Shown here in pieces: positions 1-9,259 of a stretch of 64,000 bases of DNA (the stretch's first letter is position 1; each line of letters opens with the position of its first letter). Source of the stretch: Methanocella sp. (GTDB taxonomy: Archaea > Thermoproteota > Bathyarchaeia > Bathyarchaeales > Bathycorpusculaceae). The notes under the pieces were generated by a model. That model saw only the letters and a program-made list of their open reading frames with translations, searched no databases and had not been told where the DNA came from. Location: the NCBI GenBank assembly GCA_050261115.1, contig JBLNCY010000006.1, positions 1 through 64,000 on the forward strand, read 5' to 3'. Both the position numbers and the translations under genes were made by a program.

Positions 1-185
1 ACCACATTCAAGTTCAGATCGATGTGCCGTTTGACCGGTTGAAAAAGTATCTTTCCGAGTTACGCGCACTAGATTTTATAGAAAAGGGAAAAACGCTAAA
101 AGTAACTAACAAAGGCAAAGAATACATGCAAGAGTATGAACATATTGTTGATTTTATTGAGAAGCTAAGTCCCCGACCCAACTAA
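1..185 (+). CDS. 3' part of a winged helix-turn-helix protein (5'-truncated by window edge)
   Basis: Frame from base 3 reads HIQVQIDVPFDRLKKYLSELRALDFIEKGKTLKVTNKGKEYMQEY...RPN* (stop 183-185); resembles the small wHTH at 23466-23744; absent from ORF track. Confidence 0.7.
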   Translation, partial: HIQVQIDVPFDRLKKYLSELRALDFIEKGKTLKVTNKGKEYMQEYEHIVDFIEKLSPRPN

Positions 186-296
186 GCGAGAGTCTTTCCA
201 CCAGTCAAGTTACCTAATGACAAATCAGGCATGCTTGCGGTTCATTGAAAACAGAAAAGTTTTCGGGAAAATAGTGGATAAAAAGATGGTTCGTAG

Positions 297-689
297 CTAT
301 TTTGTGCGAACGATTTTTACTCTTTCCATGACTTTCCAGTACTCGATTTCGGCACCTGGAGCTAGTTTGGCTTTGAGGTCTTCTTCATCTGGGAAAGGCG
401 CATCGATGTACTCGAAGGTCTCAAGATCCATAATTTGGACGCCATTTGGAGTAACTGAGAATACTTGGCCGGCACGTTTATCGATGATTGGAACTTCTGC
501 GCCGCCATCTACTGACTTGACGAACTGTCTTTTTTGATTATCGAAAATGCCTATTGCAACTATTCTTGCTTTTGCTGCGCCGTGTTTTCCTGGTTTGGAT
601 TTGGCTATGTCTACGATGCGGCTCGGTTCTCCGTCGATTATCATGTAGCCGCCAACGCGCAATTCTCCGACGTCTACTGGCTTGCTCAT
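297..689 (-). CDS. eif5a: translation factor aIF5A
   Basis: KPGKHGAAK hypusine-site motif, 130 aa. Confidence 0.97.
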   Translation of the reverse strand: MSKPVDVGELRVGGYMIIDGEPSRIVDIAKSKPGKHGAAKARIVAIGIFDNQKRQFVKSVDGGAEVPIIDKRAGQVFSVTPNGVQIMDLETFEYIDAPFPDEEDLKAKLAPGAEIEYWKVMERVKIVRTK

Positions 690-1041
690 ATATTACACCA
701 CGTTTGAATCTAACAATGCAATTCCCCATAACTGCCATATATAGATTAAGGTTCCCCAGCGAATGTTGAGATAGCGTCATGGCTGATTTTAGCTTGAAAA
801 CTTGAAAACAGCACATTTCAAGTTCAATCACAGTGCCGCAAACAGCAAAAACCCCCGAAGCAACGGTTATCTAGCTGTTTATACCATCAGCAACCACCCA
901 CCCATCGCCATACCAAATCGGCGCTATCGTCTGGTAAGGAACGAATTTGCAGAAAAGCTCTGCGCCTTGTAAGATTAAAACAGCTTATTGCTTCACACAA
1001 ACAAGACACCCTAGAGAACCTTGAGAGGGCAGTTTCTATCG

Positions 1042-1187
1042 AAACAGTTGCCCAGCCAACAATAAAACCAGCCTCAATCACTCAGCTCCCTTCGCATGGA
1101 ACTAACAAACACCCAAACCTACACCGCCACCATCCTACGGATGCTGAGTCTATATATAAGGGAGGGGCCCTCGGCAAAGCAGAAGAC
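1042..1187 (+). repeat. dispersed intergenic element copy 1 (long form; core 1131-1187)
   Basis: Core CATCCTACGGATGCTGAGTCTATATATAAGGGAGGGGCCCTCGGCAAAGCAGAAGAC; upstream ~90 bp aligns with 54119-54209. Confidence 0.85.
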
Positions 1188-1266
1188 TTTCCTCAATCCA
1201 AACAAAACCGACCTCAACCTGCGAACGTTAATATCCCAGATTACTTCAAGCTTATTGGTGCAAGAC

Positions 1267-2106
1267 GTGTTCAAAAGTGCAGGTTTAGTTGCTCGCTTTG
1301 ACCAGAAACAGGCGCTTCGATTCACAGAAGACCTCACGACGTTTCTGGCAAAAAAGGGCTTACAGGTCTACATAGAGGACTCCTTAAAGGACAAAGTAGA
1401 CTGCAGCGTAGAGTTCATCCCACTCACAGAAATGAAAACCGACTTCATCATAACAATCGGCGGAGACGGCACAATCCTGCGAGCAGCCCTAAACATCCCC
1501 AAACCTGACACGCCACTCCTAGCCGTCAACATGGGAGTACGGGGATTCCTCACCGAAGTCGAACCACAAGACACCTACCAAGCCATCGAACGCATCCTAA
1601 AAGGCGACTTCCGAGTCGAAAAATCCACCAAAATGGCCATAACCGCAGGCAAACAACACCTCCCCGACGCCTTAAACGACGTCGTCATATCAACCGGGGA
1701 ACCATCCAAAATCCTCTACAGCGAAATCTGCAAAGACGGCAAACCCATCCTCAAATGCCAAGCAGACGGCATCATCATGGGCACCCAAACCGGCTCCACA
1801 GGATACTCACTCTCCGCAGGCGGACCCGTTCTTGACAGCGACGTAGACGCCTTCGTCTTAACCCCAATCTGCTCCCTAACCGTATTCCACGCACTTGTCC
1901 TACCCACAACCGCCGCCATAACCTTCAACGTCCTACGCCCCGAAAAAATGCTGATACAAATCGACGGCAACTACCGCAAAACCATAGACACCGACAAACT
2001 CACCATAACCGTAACAAAATCCCAAAACGTAACCTCATTCATCCGATTCGAATCCAACTTTTACGATCGACTCCGCAACCGGCTACTCTTCAAAGGAACA
2101 GAATAA
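1267..2106 (+). CDS. nadK: NAD kinase
   Basis: GGDGT, ND and DG..TQTGSTGYSLSAGG motifs; start moved to GTG 1267 because the ORF-track N-terminus (1096-1266) runs through the dispersed repeat. Confidence 0.93.
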   Translation: MFKSAGLVARFDQKQALRFTEDLTTFLAKKGLQVYIEDSLKDKVDCSVEFIPLTEMKTDFIITIGGDGTILRAALNIPKPDTPLLAVNMGVRGFLTEVEPQDTYQAIERILKGDFRVEKSTKMAITAGKQHLPDALNDVVISTGEPSKILYSEICKDGKPILKCQADGIIMGTQTGSTGYSLSAGGPVLDSDVDAFVLTPICSLTVFHALVLPTTAAITFNVLRPEKMLIQIDGNYRKTIDTDKLTITVTKSQNVTSFIRFESNFYDRLRNRLLFKGTE

Positions 2107-2107
2107 A

Positions 2108-2629
2108 ATGAGCAACAACCCCAAAAGAGTCACCGTACTTGACACCTCAGCTTTTCTTGCGGGCTATGATCCTTTTGCATCAGCCGATGAACAGGTTACT
2201 ACACCCAAGGTTGAGCAGGAAATCCTTCGCAACAGCATGATAAAACTACGGTTCCAGACAGCAGTTGAAAGCGGCAAAGTCAAAATCAAAACACCCAACC
2301 AAGACATAACCGCCAAAGCGCAAGCCACCAAAGCCGGCGACGCATGCAAACTCTCAGAGACAGACATGCAACTCCTCTCATTAGCAGCAGAACTCAAAGA
2401 ACAAGGTTACACCCCCAAAATCGTAACCGACGACTATTCAATCCAAAACGTCGCCAAACAAATAGGCATAGAAACCACCGCCCTAGCCACCTACGGCATC
2501 AAACGGCAGCTGGAATGGATACGCTACTGCCCCGCATGCTACAAACAGTACCCCTCAGACGCCAAATTCAAAGAATGCCAAGTCTGCGGCACCGAACTGA
2601 AACGCAAACCAAAACGCCAACCAACCTAG
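2108..2629 (+). CDS. nob1: Nob1-like PIN endonuclease with C-terminal Zn ribbon
   Basis: VLDTSAF, LSETD, TDDYSIQNVA and CPAC/CQVCG motifs. Confidence 0.92.
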   Translation: MSNNPKRVTVLDTSAFLAGYDPFASADEQVTTPKVEQEILRNSMIKLRFQTAVESGKVKIKTPNQDITAKAQATKAGDACKLSETDMQLLSLAAELKEQGYTPKIVTDDYSIQNVAKQIGIETTALATYGIKRQLEWIRYCPACYKQYPSDAKFKECQVCGTELKRKPKRQPT

Positions 2630-4437
2630 AATAGCAACAGTAAAAGAACGAGAAGCAAGCCTTCGATACCAAACACTGCGGGCGCGGCTTTTTTGGCTTT
2701 GACTATGGCTTTGTCGACCAGTATCGAGATAGAGTTTAGGCGCTCTTCCCCTATCACGCGCACTTTTGGAACCACAAACTCTACGCACCCCGACTTTGCA
2801 GCGTCCAAGGTTTGGGCGGCTTTCTTTGCAGCTTCTAGAATGTATTTGATTAGCAGGTTGTGGTCCATGGCTTCGCCTACTGGATGGTAACCGCGTCGCC
2901 CCGTTACCAAGGCACTTACTGCATGAGTATCGGTAGTAAACACTTCACACTCATCAAACCCTGCATCGGTCAAAGCATCCAAAATTTTCTCTCGCAGATG
3001 CGGCACCATGTTATTACCGTCAATAACCACATAAGCAGTCTTTTGCGCCTCAACCTCTACCGCAATCGCAGTTATGCCGCCTGCGCCCATACCCATCTTC
3101 TCTGAAAACTCAACAGGATAAACAGTTGCCGAGCCAACCTTAAACGGCTTAGCCTCAAACGCTACGGCTTTTTTGAGGCAACCAATCGCCGCCCGCTTAA
3201 GCTCATCCATATGCTCAGACATATCCGCTGAATCGTCCGCCAAAGCATTATGCGCATTAACCGCCATAGCATGCTTAAGCCCAACCCGCCTAGCCTCTTC
3301 AGCAACTATGCGGCCCAGTTCTTGGGGAAGGTCCTCGGTTGTTTTAGGCGCTATCGAAAAAGACAACAAAGCCGTGTCACCAAAGACTTGGCAGGAAGCG
3401 ATGGCGTCGCCTTGGGTGGAACGAACGAATGGTGAAGCCAAGGATTGAGCGGCAGCGAGGTTAGCTTGTTTTAGGACTTCGGCTACGATTTTTCGGTTTT
3501 GCGCTTGAGATGCTAAGTCAAGCTCATGACCCAAAATCCCCAGCGGCGTGCAGGCGTCACAGCCGTATTCTTTTTCGAAGTCATGTTTTAGCATGGAGGG
3601 AAGTAGGCTGCTGCCTATGTTCTTGAAGGGACCCGGATGCACCAGCGGCATGATGAAGGCTGCTTTGGGCTTTGCTGCGTCGAATTTTATGAAGCTAACA
3701 GAAATGTCTGCGTCTTGGCCTACCTCTTCAAGATGCTTCTCTAAGGGCGCGTTGGCGTCTGTTACCCAGTTAAGTATGAAAGCCCGAAAAAAAGACATCG
3801 CAGGCAACCCATAGGATGATTTGCCTAGCTGATCGATAGATCGCAAAAACAAGTAAACCGCGGCGTAGGCGATTATAGGGGTTAAGATGGCATAGGGGAG
3901 CACCTGTGGAATGATCGAAAATGAGGATGCTGACCAAAAAACCAAGAACACAGCCACACAGAGGAGGGGTTGGAGCAGCGCCGAGGCTAGCTGGCGCCAC
4001 TTTGATCTGTAGGAAGTAGCGGATAATACAATGATGCGTAATGTCACAACCGCCCCGTATCCGATTAGGGCAAGTTTTATCCACAATATACCGCCGAATA
4101 GAAACCCGAAAACGGCACCCAATGCAGCAAACGCTAGCCACAGAAGCCAGCAGTAGAAGGACATGGCAGATGTTCTGCGCACGGTAAAGATGGGATCGTT
4201 TCTGAGTAGGGCTTTGCTTAGGATCAGGTCTGTTGTGAAGGTTACTGTGAATAGGGTAAGCCCTAGTAGGAGGCTGTTTATGCTGGGAAAGAGGGCATAT
4301 GCACTTAGGGTTATGCCTATGGTGGTGAGGGCGATGTTGCCAAGGAGCGATTTTTTGAAGGATGGTAAGAAGAAGAGTGAGGAGTAGTGTTTTTTGGCTT
4401 GATCCATTGCGTGGTTTAGGGAGCCTTCGGTGGGCAT
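2626..4437 (-). CDS. DUF2070-family archaeal membrane protein
   Basis: N-terminal multi-TM region, VHPGPF, GHELD, DGNN and TTDTH motifs, C-terminal TM. Confidence 0.85.
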   Translation of the reverse strand: MPTEGSLNHAMDQAKKHYSSLFFLPSFKKSLLGNIALTTIGITLSAYALFPSINSLLLGLTLFTVTFTTDLILSKALLRNDPIFTVRRTSAMSFYCWLLWLAFAALGAVFGFLFGGILWIKLALIGYGAVVTLRIIVLSATSYRSKWRQLASALLQPLLCVAVFLVFWSASSFSIIPQVLPYAILTPIIAYAAVYLFLRSIDQLGKSSYGLPAMSFFRAFILNWVTDANAPLEKHLEEVGQDADISVSFIKFDAAKPKAAFIMPLVHPGPFKNIGSSLLPSMLKHDFEKEYGCDACTPLGILGHELDLASQAQNRKIVAEVLKQANLAAAQSLASPFVRSTQGDAIASCQVFGDTALLSFSIAPKTTEDLPQELGRIVAEEARRVGLKHAMAVNAHNALADDSADMSEHMDELKRAAIGCLKKAVAFEAKPFKVGSATVYPVEFSEKMGMGAGGITAIAVEVEAQKTAYVVIDGNNMVPHLREKILDALTDAGFDECEVFTTDTHAVSALVTGRRGYHPVGEAMDHNLLIKYILEAAKKAAQTLDAAKSGCVEFVVPKVRVIGEERLNSISILVDKAIVKAKKAAPAVFGIEGLLLVLLLLLF

Positions 4438-4679
4438 TTTTCGGTCTTGACTATGGAATTGGGGGGCAGTATTAGAATATTGCTAAGTTATGGCTTGTCA
4501 TTTATTACATGTTTAGTTTAAACATAAACAGCGCAACTTCAGGTTTTAACACAGAAACAGCAAAGACACAAGCCTTTTAGGACCTGTTTTGCTCCGTGCC
4601 ACGCAGAAGCATCCATGGCTAAGAGGAGCAACGGTTTTATGCATAGGCGGCGTATGTTAGTATTCCCGAAGTCTAAAAT

Positions 4680-4976
4680 ATGCCCGATCAAGAACTGCCC
4701 CCATCAATCTTCCTTATGCTTGAGCGAAATGTGGGCAAAAGAATCCGAGTCATCGTAGAACCCTCTTACGGATTTGAAGGCACCCTACTGGCAGCTGCGC
4801 AGGAACTCTCCGCGATTTGGCTAAGTGAAGCTGAAGCAATCGTTCTACGCTCCACCCTCGCCCAGCCCATACCCCAAATCGCAAACCGAGAAGAACGAGG
4901 CGACATATACCTCAACCTAAAAGGTATACAGAGAATCGAAGTGCTCCCCGCTGCACCATCAAGAAGCAGCAGATAA
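4680..4976 (+). CDS. divergent Sm/LSm-fold protein
   Basis: Sm1-like VGKRIRV...FEGTL...IWLSEAE and Sm2-like GDIYLNLKGIQRI. Confidence 0.6.
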   Translation: MPDQELPPSIFLMLERNVGKRIRVIVEPSYGFEGTLLAAAQELSAIWLSEAEAIVLRSTLAQPIPQIANREERGDIYLNLKGIQRIEVLPAAPSRSSR

Positions 4977-4997
4977 AACAAACAACAAAAGAATTTT

Positions 4998-5168
4998 TTA
5001 GAGGAAGATTTTAGCTACAACAGAGACCACAATAAGAGTCACTGCCATGACGATAAGTAGTTCTGGCCGAACCTTAACGCCCTCAGTTTCCTCCTCAAAG
5101 AAGCGGAGCAAACCTGCACTCCCCGCCGGCATTGGACCAGAATCACGTTTCTTTTTTCGCATACCCAT
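4998..5168 (-). CDS. secG: preprotein translocase subunit Sec61beta
   Basis: AGLLRFFEEE..GVKVRPE followed by single C-terminal TM; ATG at 5168 or 5162. Confidence 0.9.
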   Translation of the reverse strand: MGMRKKKRDSGPMPAGSAGLLRFFEEETEGVKVRPELLIVMAVTLIVVSVVAKIFL

Positions 5169-5266
5169 AAAGGTCAAATCCCACTTGTGTTGTAGCAATA
5201 TTTTCTCTTGACCTAATTAATGTTACGCCGGGCTGATTCTCATTCTGCTTTCCTGATAGGGGATGC

Positions 5267-5325
5267 GTCTGCTGCTCTGCCGACCTACCCCCCCCTTATA
5301 CATAGAACCAACCACAGGTTCAACC
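5267..5325 (-). repeat. dispersed intergenic element copy 2
   Basis: Minus strand GGTTGAACCTGTGGTTGGTTCTATGTATAAGGGGGGGGTAGGTCGGCAGAGCAGCAGAC. Confidence 0.8.
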
Positions 5326-5444
5326 GCACTTAGAACAAACCAGCGGAAACCTACCAAAGAGACGGCTCCTTGTATGATTGGGTGGCTAAAGCCCGGTGTG
5401 GGAGTGAAAACTCTTTTAGAGGGAAACGCAAACATACATGCGGA

Positions 5445-5569
5445 GCCGGGGTGGCGGAGTGGTTATCGCGCCAGCCTCGAGATCATATCGAAAGGCGGCC
5501 AGAATAAAAATGGCGGGATAGCTGGTGGGCTTCGTGCTCGCAGGGGTTCGAATCCCTTCCCCGGCGCCA
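5445..5569 (+). tRNA. tRNA-Ser(CGA) with 38-nt intron at 37/38 (5482-5519), CCA encoded
   Basis: Acceptor GCCGGGG/CCCCGGC, discriminator G, anticodon arm CCAGC-CT-CGA-G|A-GCTGG, long variable arm, GGTTCGAATCC; bulge-helix-bulge CUCG/CGGG with AGA and AUA bulges. Confidence 0.95.
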
Positions 5570-5596
5570 ACCAACTTGCCACTCGTCGAGCGCTTG

Positions 5597-6166
5597 TTAA
5601 CCATTAGTCAACTTTGTGTTTGTTAACTCCAGAATCCTGTCCCATTGTGCATCAGTGAGTCGGAAATTGGTGCCTTGGGGATTCTTAATAACTTGCATAC
5701 CTGAGAGTATGCAATCTTTATTGCACTCTTCTTGAAGAAGCGGTTTCTCTAAGTAAATTTTAAAATATTCCACATAAGCGCTGGATCTTTCTTGAAACTT
5801 GCCTGTGTCACATTTGTTAAGGAAGTATTTTTCTTGGCTGGGTGTGAGAGGGTTTTTTGCTGGATTGGTCAGTATCGTACCTAACGCATAAATCCCCGCG
5901 TTCTGCCCTGAACTCCAAATTGCAACAAAGTCACCTTTAGAAATCAATTTAACATGTTGACTTACCAGCCACTGCTCAGGTTCTTTTGCTTCTTTTATTC
6001 TCTCGAACCAATTATATATTGAAGGGTTAAATTGGAAAAGCCAATATTTCGGTTGAGGTCTGATATTAAGTAAAGTTCCGCAGCTAGAGCAAAAGCGACT
6101 AATTTTATACTGTTCAGCAGGCGTTACTTTTCCGCATTTTCTACATTCAAATTCTAGCCGAGCCAT
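5597..6166 (-). CDS. Zn-ribbon + EVE domain protein
   Basis: CRKC/CSSC then YWLFQFNP...W...KGDFVAIW..G..AGIYA..GTNFRLT..QWD, typical of EVE/PUA-like domains. Confidence 0.8.
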   Translation of the reverse strand: MARLEFECRKCGKVTPAEQYKISRFCSSCGTLLNIRPQPKYWLFQFNPSIYNWFERIKEAKEPEQWLVSQHVKLISKGDFVAIWSSGQNAGIYALGTILTNPAKNPLTPSQEKYFLNKCDTGKFQERSSAYVEYFKIYLEKPLLQEECNKDCILSGMQVIKNPQGTNFRLTDAQWDRILELTNTKLTNG

Positions 6167-6491
6167 TTGGCTAACCTCTATTACAGTTATGGCATTCTAA
6201 TTTAACGTTTTATTTTCCTTTTTATCCTGTTGCTGCGGATTGCTTAGGTAATAAAGCGTTAGATACAATCCTCCTCCACAAGAATGCGACCCAAGAATCA
6301 TGCGACCACTCATGTCATCTTATCACAGAATCCATGTCCGCTTTCTTCTATTACTTAAAATAGGGATAGCCTTGACACATATTTTTCTGAAATCAAAGGT
6401 TTGGTCTTTAGAATACAAATTTTGGTAGACTAAATCAAAGGTAGATACAGAGATAAGTATACAAAAAAAGAAGGGAAAGTCTTGTTTCCCT

Positions 6492-9143
6492 TTAGGGTTT
6501 TTTGAGCATCATAAATGCCAGCATCGCCAGCACTATGACAATCAAGACCACGATTGCTATGGTTGCAGGAACAAAGTACAGGTCTGCTGCTGAGGGTTGC
6601 TGTGTTGGTTGGGATGTTGCTGGTTCGGGTGCGGGCATTGCATAGAAGCTTGATCGCGAGGAGGAGCCGTAGTAAGAGTTGCTGCCTTCAAAGGTTGCGA
6701 TTACGGTGTATAGTCCGTCGATGTCGGGTGCCCAGGCGTAGCTGAACATGCCGCTTGAGTCTGTGGTTGTGGTACCGATTGTGCGGTAGTTGCCGTTAGC
6801 GTCGATTACATTAAGTGTGACGGTTACGCCGGTGACGTCGGTTGGTTTGGCTTTTTGCATGTAGACGTATTCCATCCATGCTGCTTGGCTCTCGTCAGAG
6901 ACTGCGGGGACACCGTTGGGGAAGCGGGCCGCCTGCTCATTTTGTTTGGTGCCTGCTGCGATGTCGGTTACTGTGCCGCGTATTACGATGGGTGTGCCCA
7001 CGGTTGTTGCGATGTCTGGTGCTGTTACGGTTAGGGCGCTTGGGCCTTTGCCTAGAGAGTAGACTTTCATGTCGTAAGCGTTGAGGTAGGTTATTTGTCC
7101 GTCTGCGATTGGGAAGCCCCAGTCGCCAAAGTTGCCGACTGCTGCCCAGCTCATTAAGGTAAAGATTTCTTCGCCGGTAGTTGCGTTGAGGGCACGTATT
7201 TTTTCGTCTCGGTATAGTGGTGTGTTGGGTGAGTGCTCGTTGCTATAGACGTAGACTTTGTCGTCGCAGATTGCTGCAATAAAGGTTGGATAGAGACCCC
7301 AGGAGGTTTCAGTTCCGCTGTTTGTGCTATTACCCGGTCCGCCGCCACCATAGGACCAAACAAGTTCGCCAGTTTTGGTGTCGTAGGCGAAGATTTCACC
7401 GCCATAGCCGCCTACGTAGAGTTTTCCGTATGCTACATAGCCGATTTGGGCGACTCCGCCGCTGCCGATGGTTGGGTAATAGTTGAATGGTTTTGCGTAA
7501 CTGACTGGCCCCCAGACTTGGTTTCCGTTGTCTAGGTTAAAGCCGTACCATTGCATGGTTTCTTTGGTGCTTACAAAGAACATGCGGTTTATTGGGTCAA
7601 CGGTGCCTAGCTGCATTGTGACGTTGCCTTCGGGTACTTGTATGTCTTTGGACCAGAGTAGCCGTCCTCTGGAGCTTTCTTCGAGGCTGACTGCCCATAC
7701 AGTTCCATAGACCGCTGTGTTACCTGCTGCTGCGCCACCCCAGGTGGGTTGCCCAAAGCTTGATCTCATATTTCCATAGCCGAGGAGCAAATCGTCGTTA
7801 ATTGCCCAGCCTATGCCTGCGCCTGATGTAGGTAAGGTTGGCAGCGTTACGTTCCACGAATAGGATTGTCGCTGTTGTGTGTTAAACACTTGGTTGACTG
7901 GTCGATATCCGTTGCTTGTTAATGCGTTTAGTGGTCCGTTGCTTACGACGTTGGTGAAGTTCCAGAGTGCTAGCCATTTGTTTGCGAGGTTGATTTGGTA
8001 TATTAGTGGTTCGCCGCTGGGTCCGAAACTCATTGTTCCGGCGGGGACATTGGTTATGTTGAAAACCCAGGTGCCGTCTATTGGGTCATACATGCTCCAT
8101 GTTGTAGCTCCGCTTATGGTTTGGGTTGCGATTAGGTATGCTATTGCGCCGTGCTGGTTGGGTGAGTCAAAATTCACGATCGCACCAAACGTGGGGTTTA
8201 CTGCGTAGTTTTGTCGCCAGATTTCTTCGCCTGTTCGAAGGTCAACACAGATGTAGCCGCCGCCTGCGCCGTTGTTGCTGTGGGGTAATCCGTAGAATAA
8301 CCGTCCGCTTATGATGATTGGACTGTTAAATTTGGTTTCGTATGAGAGGCCTGTGTAGTAAGATGTACCGGTGATTCCAGTCTGGGCTGAGGGCGAGTTT
8401 GGTTCTTGGAAGTCATTGTTTCCTCCTACGATGCCCCCTAAGGTGATTTCTTTGCTCCACATGACGTGTGCGCTATCTGGGCCTGTACCGTCAGGTTGAT
8501 AGCGTACTGATCCAAAGCTGTAGGCTGCACCCATCGGGTAGAGGTAGTTTGAGCCGATTGTGTACCAGTTTGAATTTTGGCCTTCAATTGGTCTTGTCCA
8601 GTATTCGGTGGGCAGGGGTGTGAAGGTTCCGCCAGAAACTGGTTCTTCTTGGACTGTCAGAGTTGTTGTTGCGGTGCTGGGTAGGTAGGTGTCGTTTACA
8701 AATGCAGAGTTGGGGTTGTGTTCATAGGCGGTGTATTTTTGTCCGGGGAAGGTAAAGTTGAATGTGTAGGTGCCGACTTGTGTGGGGGTGAATGTTGTGT
8801 ATGCTGATGAGGTAGTGTCGGTGACTGTTTCCCATGTGACGGTTTCGGTTTTTCCGTCTGGGGCTGTAATTACGCATTTGAAGTTATGGAAGCGGATGTT
8901 GTTGGTTACTAGAGCGCCGTCTGGGATTTTGTCAAGCCAGACTACCAAGAGGCATTGTTGACCTACGCCCGCAGGGTTTGGGGAGACATTAACGAAGGCA
9001 TAGGTAGGTATGTCCCAACCAGGGTCATGTGCGGTTGCGGCTGGTATTGAGGTTAGCGTTACAGCGATGCTCAGTAGCAGTACTGCAATGATTAGGGTTG
9101 CGCCTGTTTTTTTAGAACAAGTTTTATAGTCTAAAATTCTCAA
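6492..9143 (-). CDS. membrane-anchored PQQ-like beta-propeller surface protein (paralog 1)
   Basis: Signal-like N-terminus, repeated D..TGE..W blades, LPTEYWTRPI and RFPNGVPAVSDES motifs, C-terminal TM + KKP. Confidence 0.85.
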   Translation of the reverse strand: MRILDYKTCSKKTGATLIIAVLLLSIAVTLTSIPAATAHDPGWDIPTYAFVNVSPNPAGVGQQCLLVVWLDKIPDGALVTNNIRFHNFKCVITAPDGKTETVTWETVTDTTSSAYTTFTPTQVGTYTFNFTFPGQKYTAYEHNPNSAFVNDTYLPSTATTTLTVQEEPVSGGTFTPLPTEYWTRPIEGQNSNWYTIGSNYLYPMGAAYSFGSVRYQPDGTGPDSAHVMWSKEITLGGIVGGNNDFQEPNSPSAQTGITGTSYYTGLSYETKFNSPIIISGRLFYGLPHSNNGAGGGYICVDLRTGEEIWRQNYAVNPTFGAIVNFDSPNQHGAIAYLIATQTISGATTWSMYDPIDGTWVFNITNVPAGTMSFGPSGEPLIYQINLANKWLALWNFTNVVSNGPLNALTSNGYRPVNQVFNTQQRQSYSWNVTLPTLPTSGAGIGWAINDDLLLGYGNMRSSFGQPTWGGAAAGNTAVYGTVWAVSLEESSRGRLLWSKDIQVPEGNVTMQLGTVDPINRMFFVSTKETMQWYGFNLDNGNQVWGPVSYAKPFNYYPTIGSGGVAQIGYVAYGKLYVGGYGGEIFAYDTKTGELVWSYGGGGPGNSTNSGTETSWGLYPTFIAAICDDKVYVYSNEHSPNTPLYRDEKIRALNATTGEEIFTLMSWAAVGNFGDWGFPIADGQITYLNAYDMKVYSLGKGPSALTVTAPDIATTVGTPIVIRGTVTDIAAGTKQNEQAARFPNGVPAVSDESQAAWMEYVYMQKAKPTDVTGVTVTLNVIDANGNYRTIGTTTTDSSGMFSYAWAPDIDGLYTVIATFEGSNSYYGSSSRSSFYAMPAPEPATSQPTQQPSAADLYFVPATIAIVVLIVIVLAMLAFMMLKKP

Positions 9144-9202
9144 TTTTTTCTTTCTCCTATGTTTGTGGGTTAAAGTTCGATTGGTTCTTGTTTTAACGCA
9201 TT

Positions 9203-9226
9203 GTGTTTGTAGGGTACAACAACAGC
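9203..9226. promoter_or_regulatory. candidate regulator site upstream of propeller gene 1
   Basis: GTGTTTGTAGGGTACAACAACAGC containing TTGTA-GGG-TACAA; ends resemble the site at 22518-22543. Confidence 0.35.
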
Positions 9227-9259
9227 ACCTATCCGTTTGGGAAAAAATCAGTCAATATA

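Noticed and set aside
1096-1266. N-terminal 57 codons of the ORF-track NAD kinase
   Set aside because: They run through the dispersed repeat; NAD kinase-like sequence begins at GTG 1267.
5379-5398. GGGTGGCTAAAGCCCGGT resembling a tRNA 5' fragment
   Set aside because: No acceptor partner, anticodon arm or T arm follows; too short to support.
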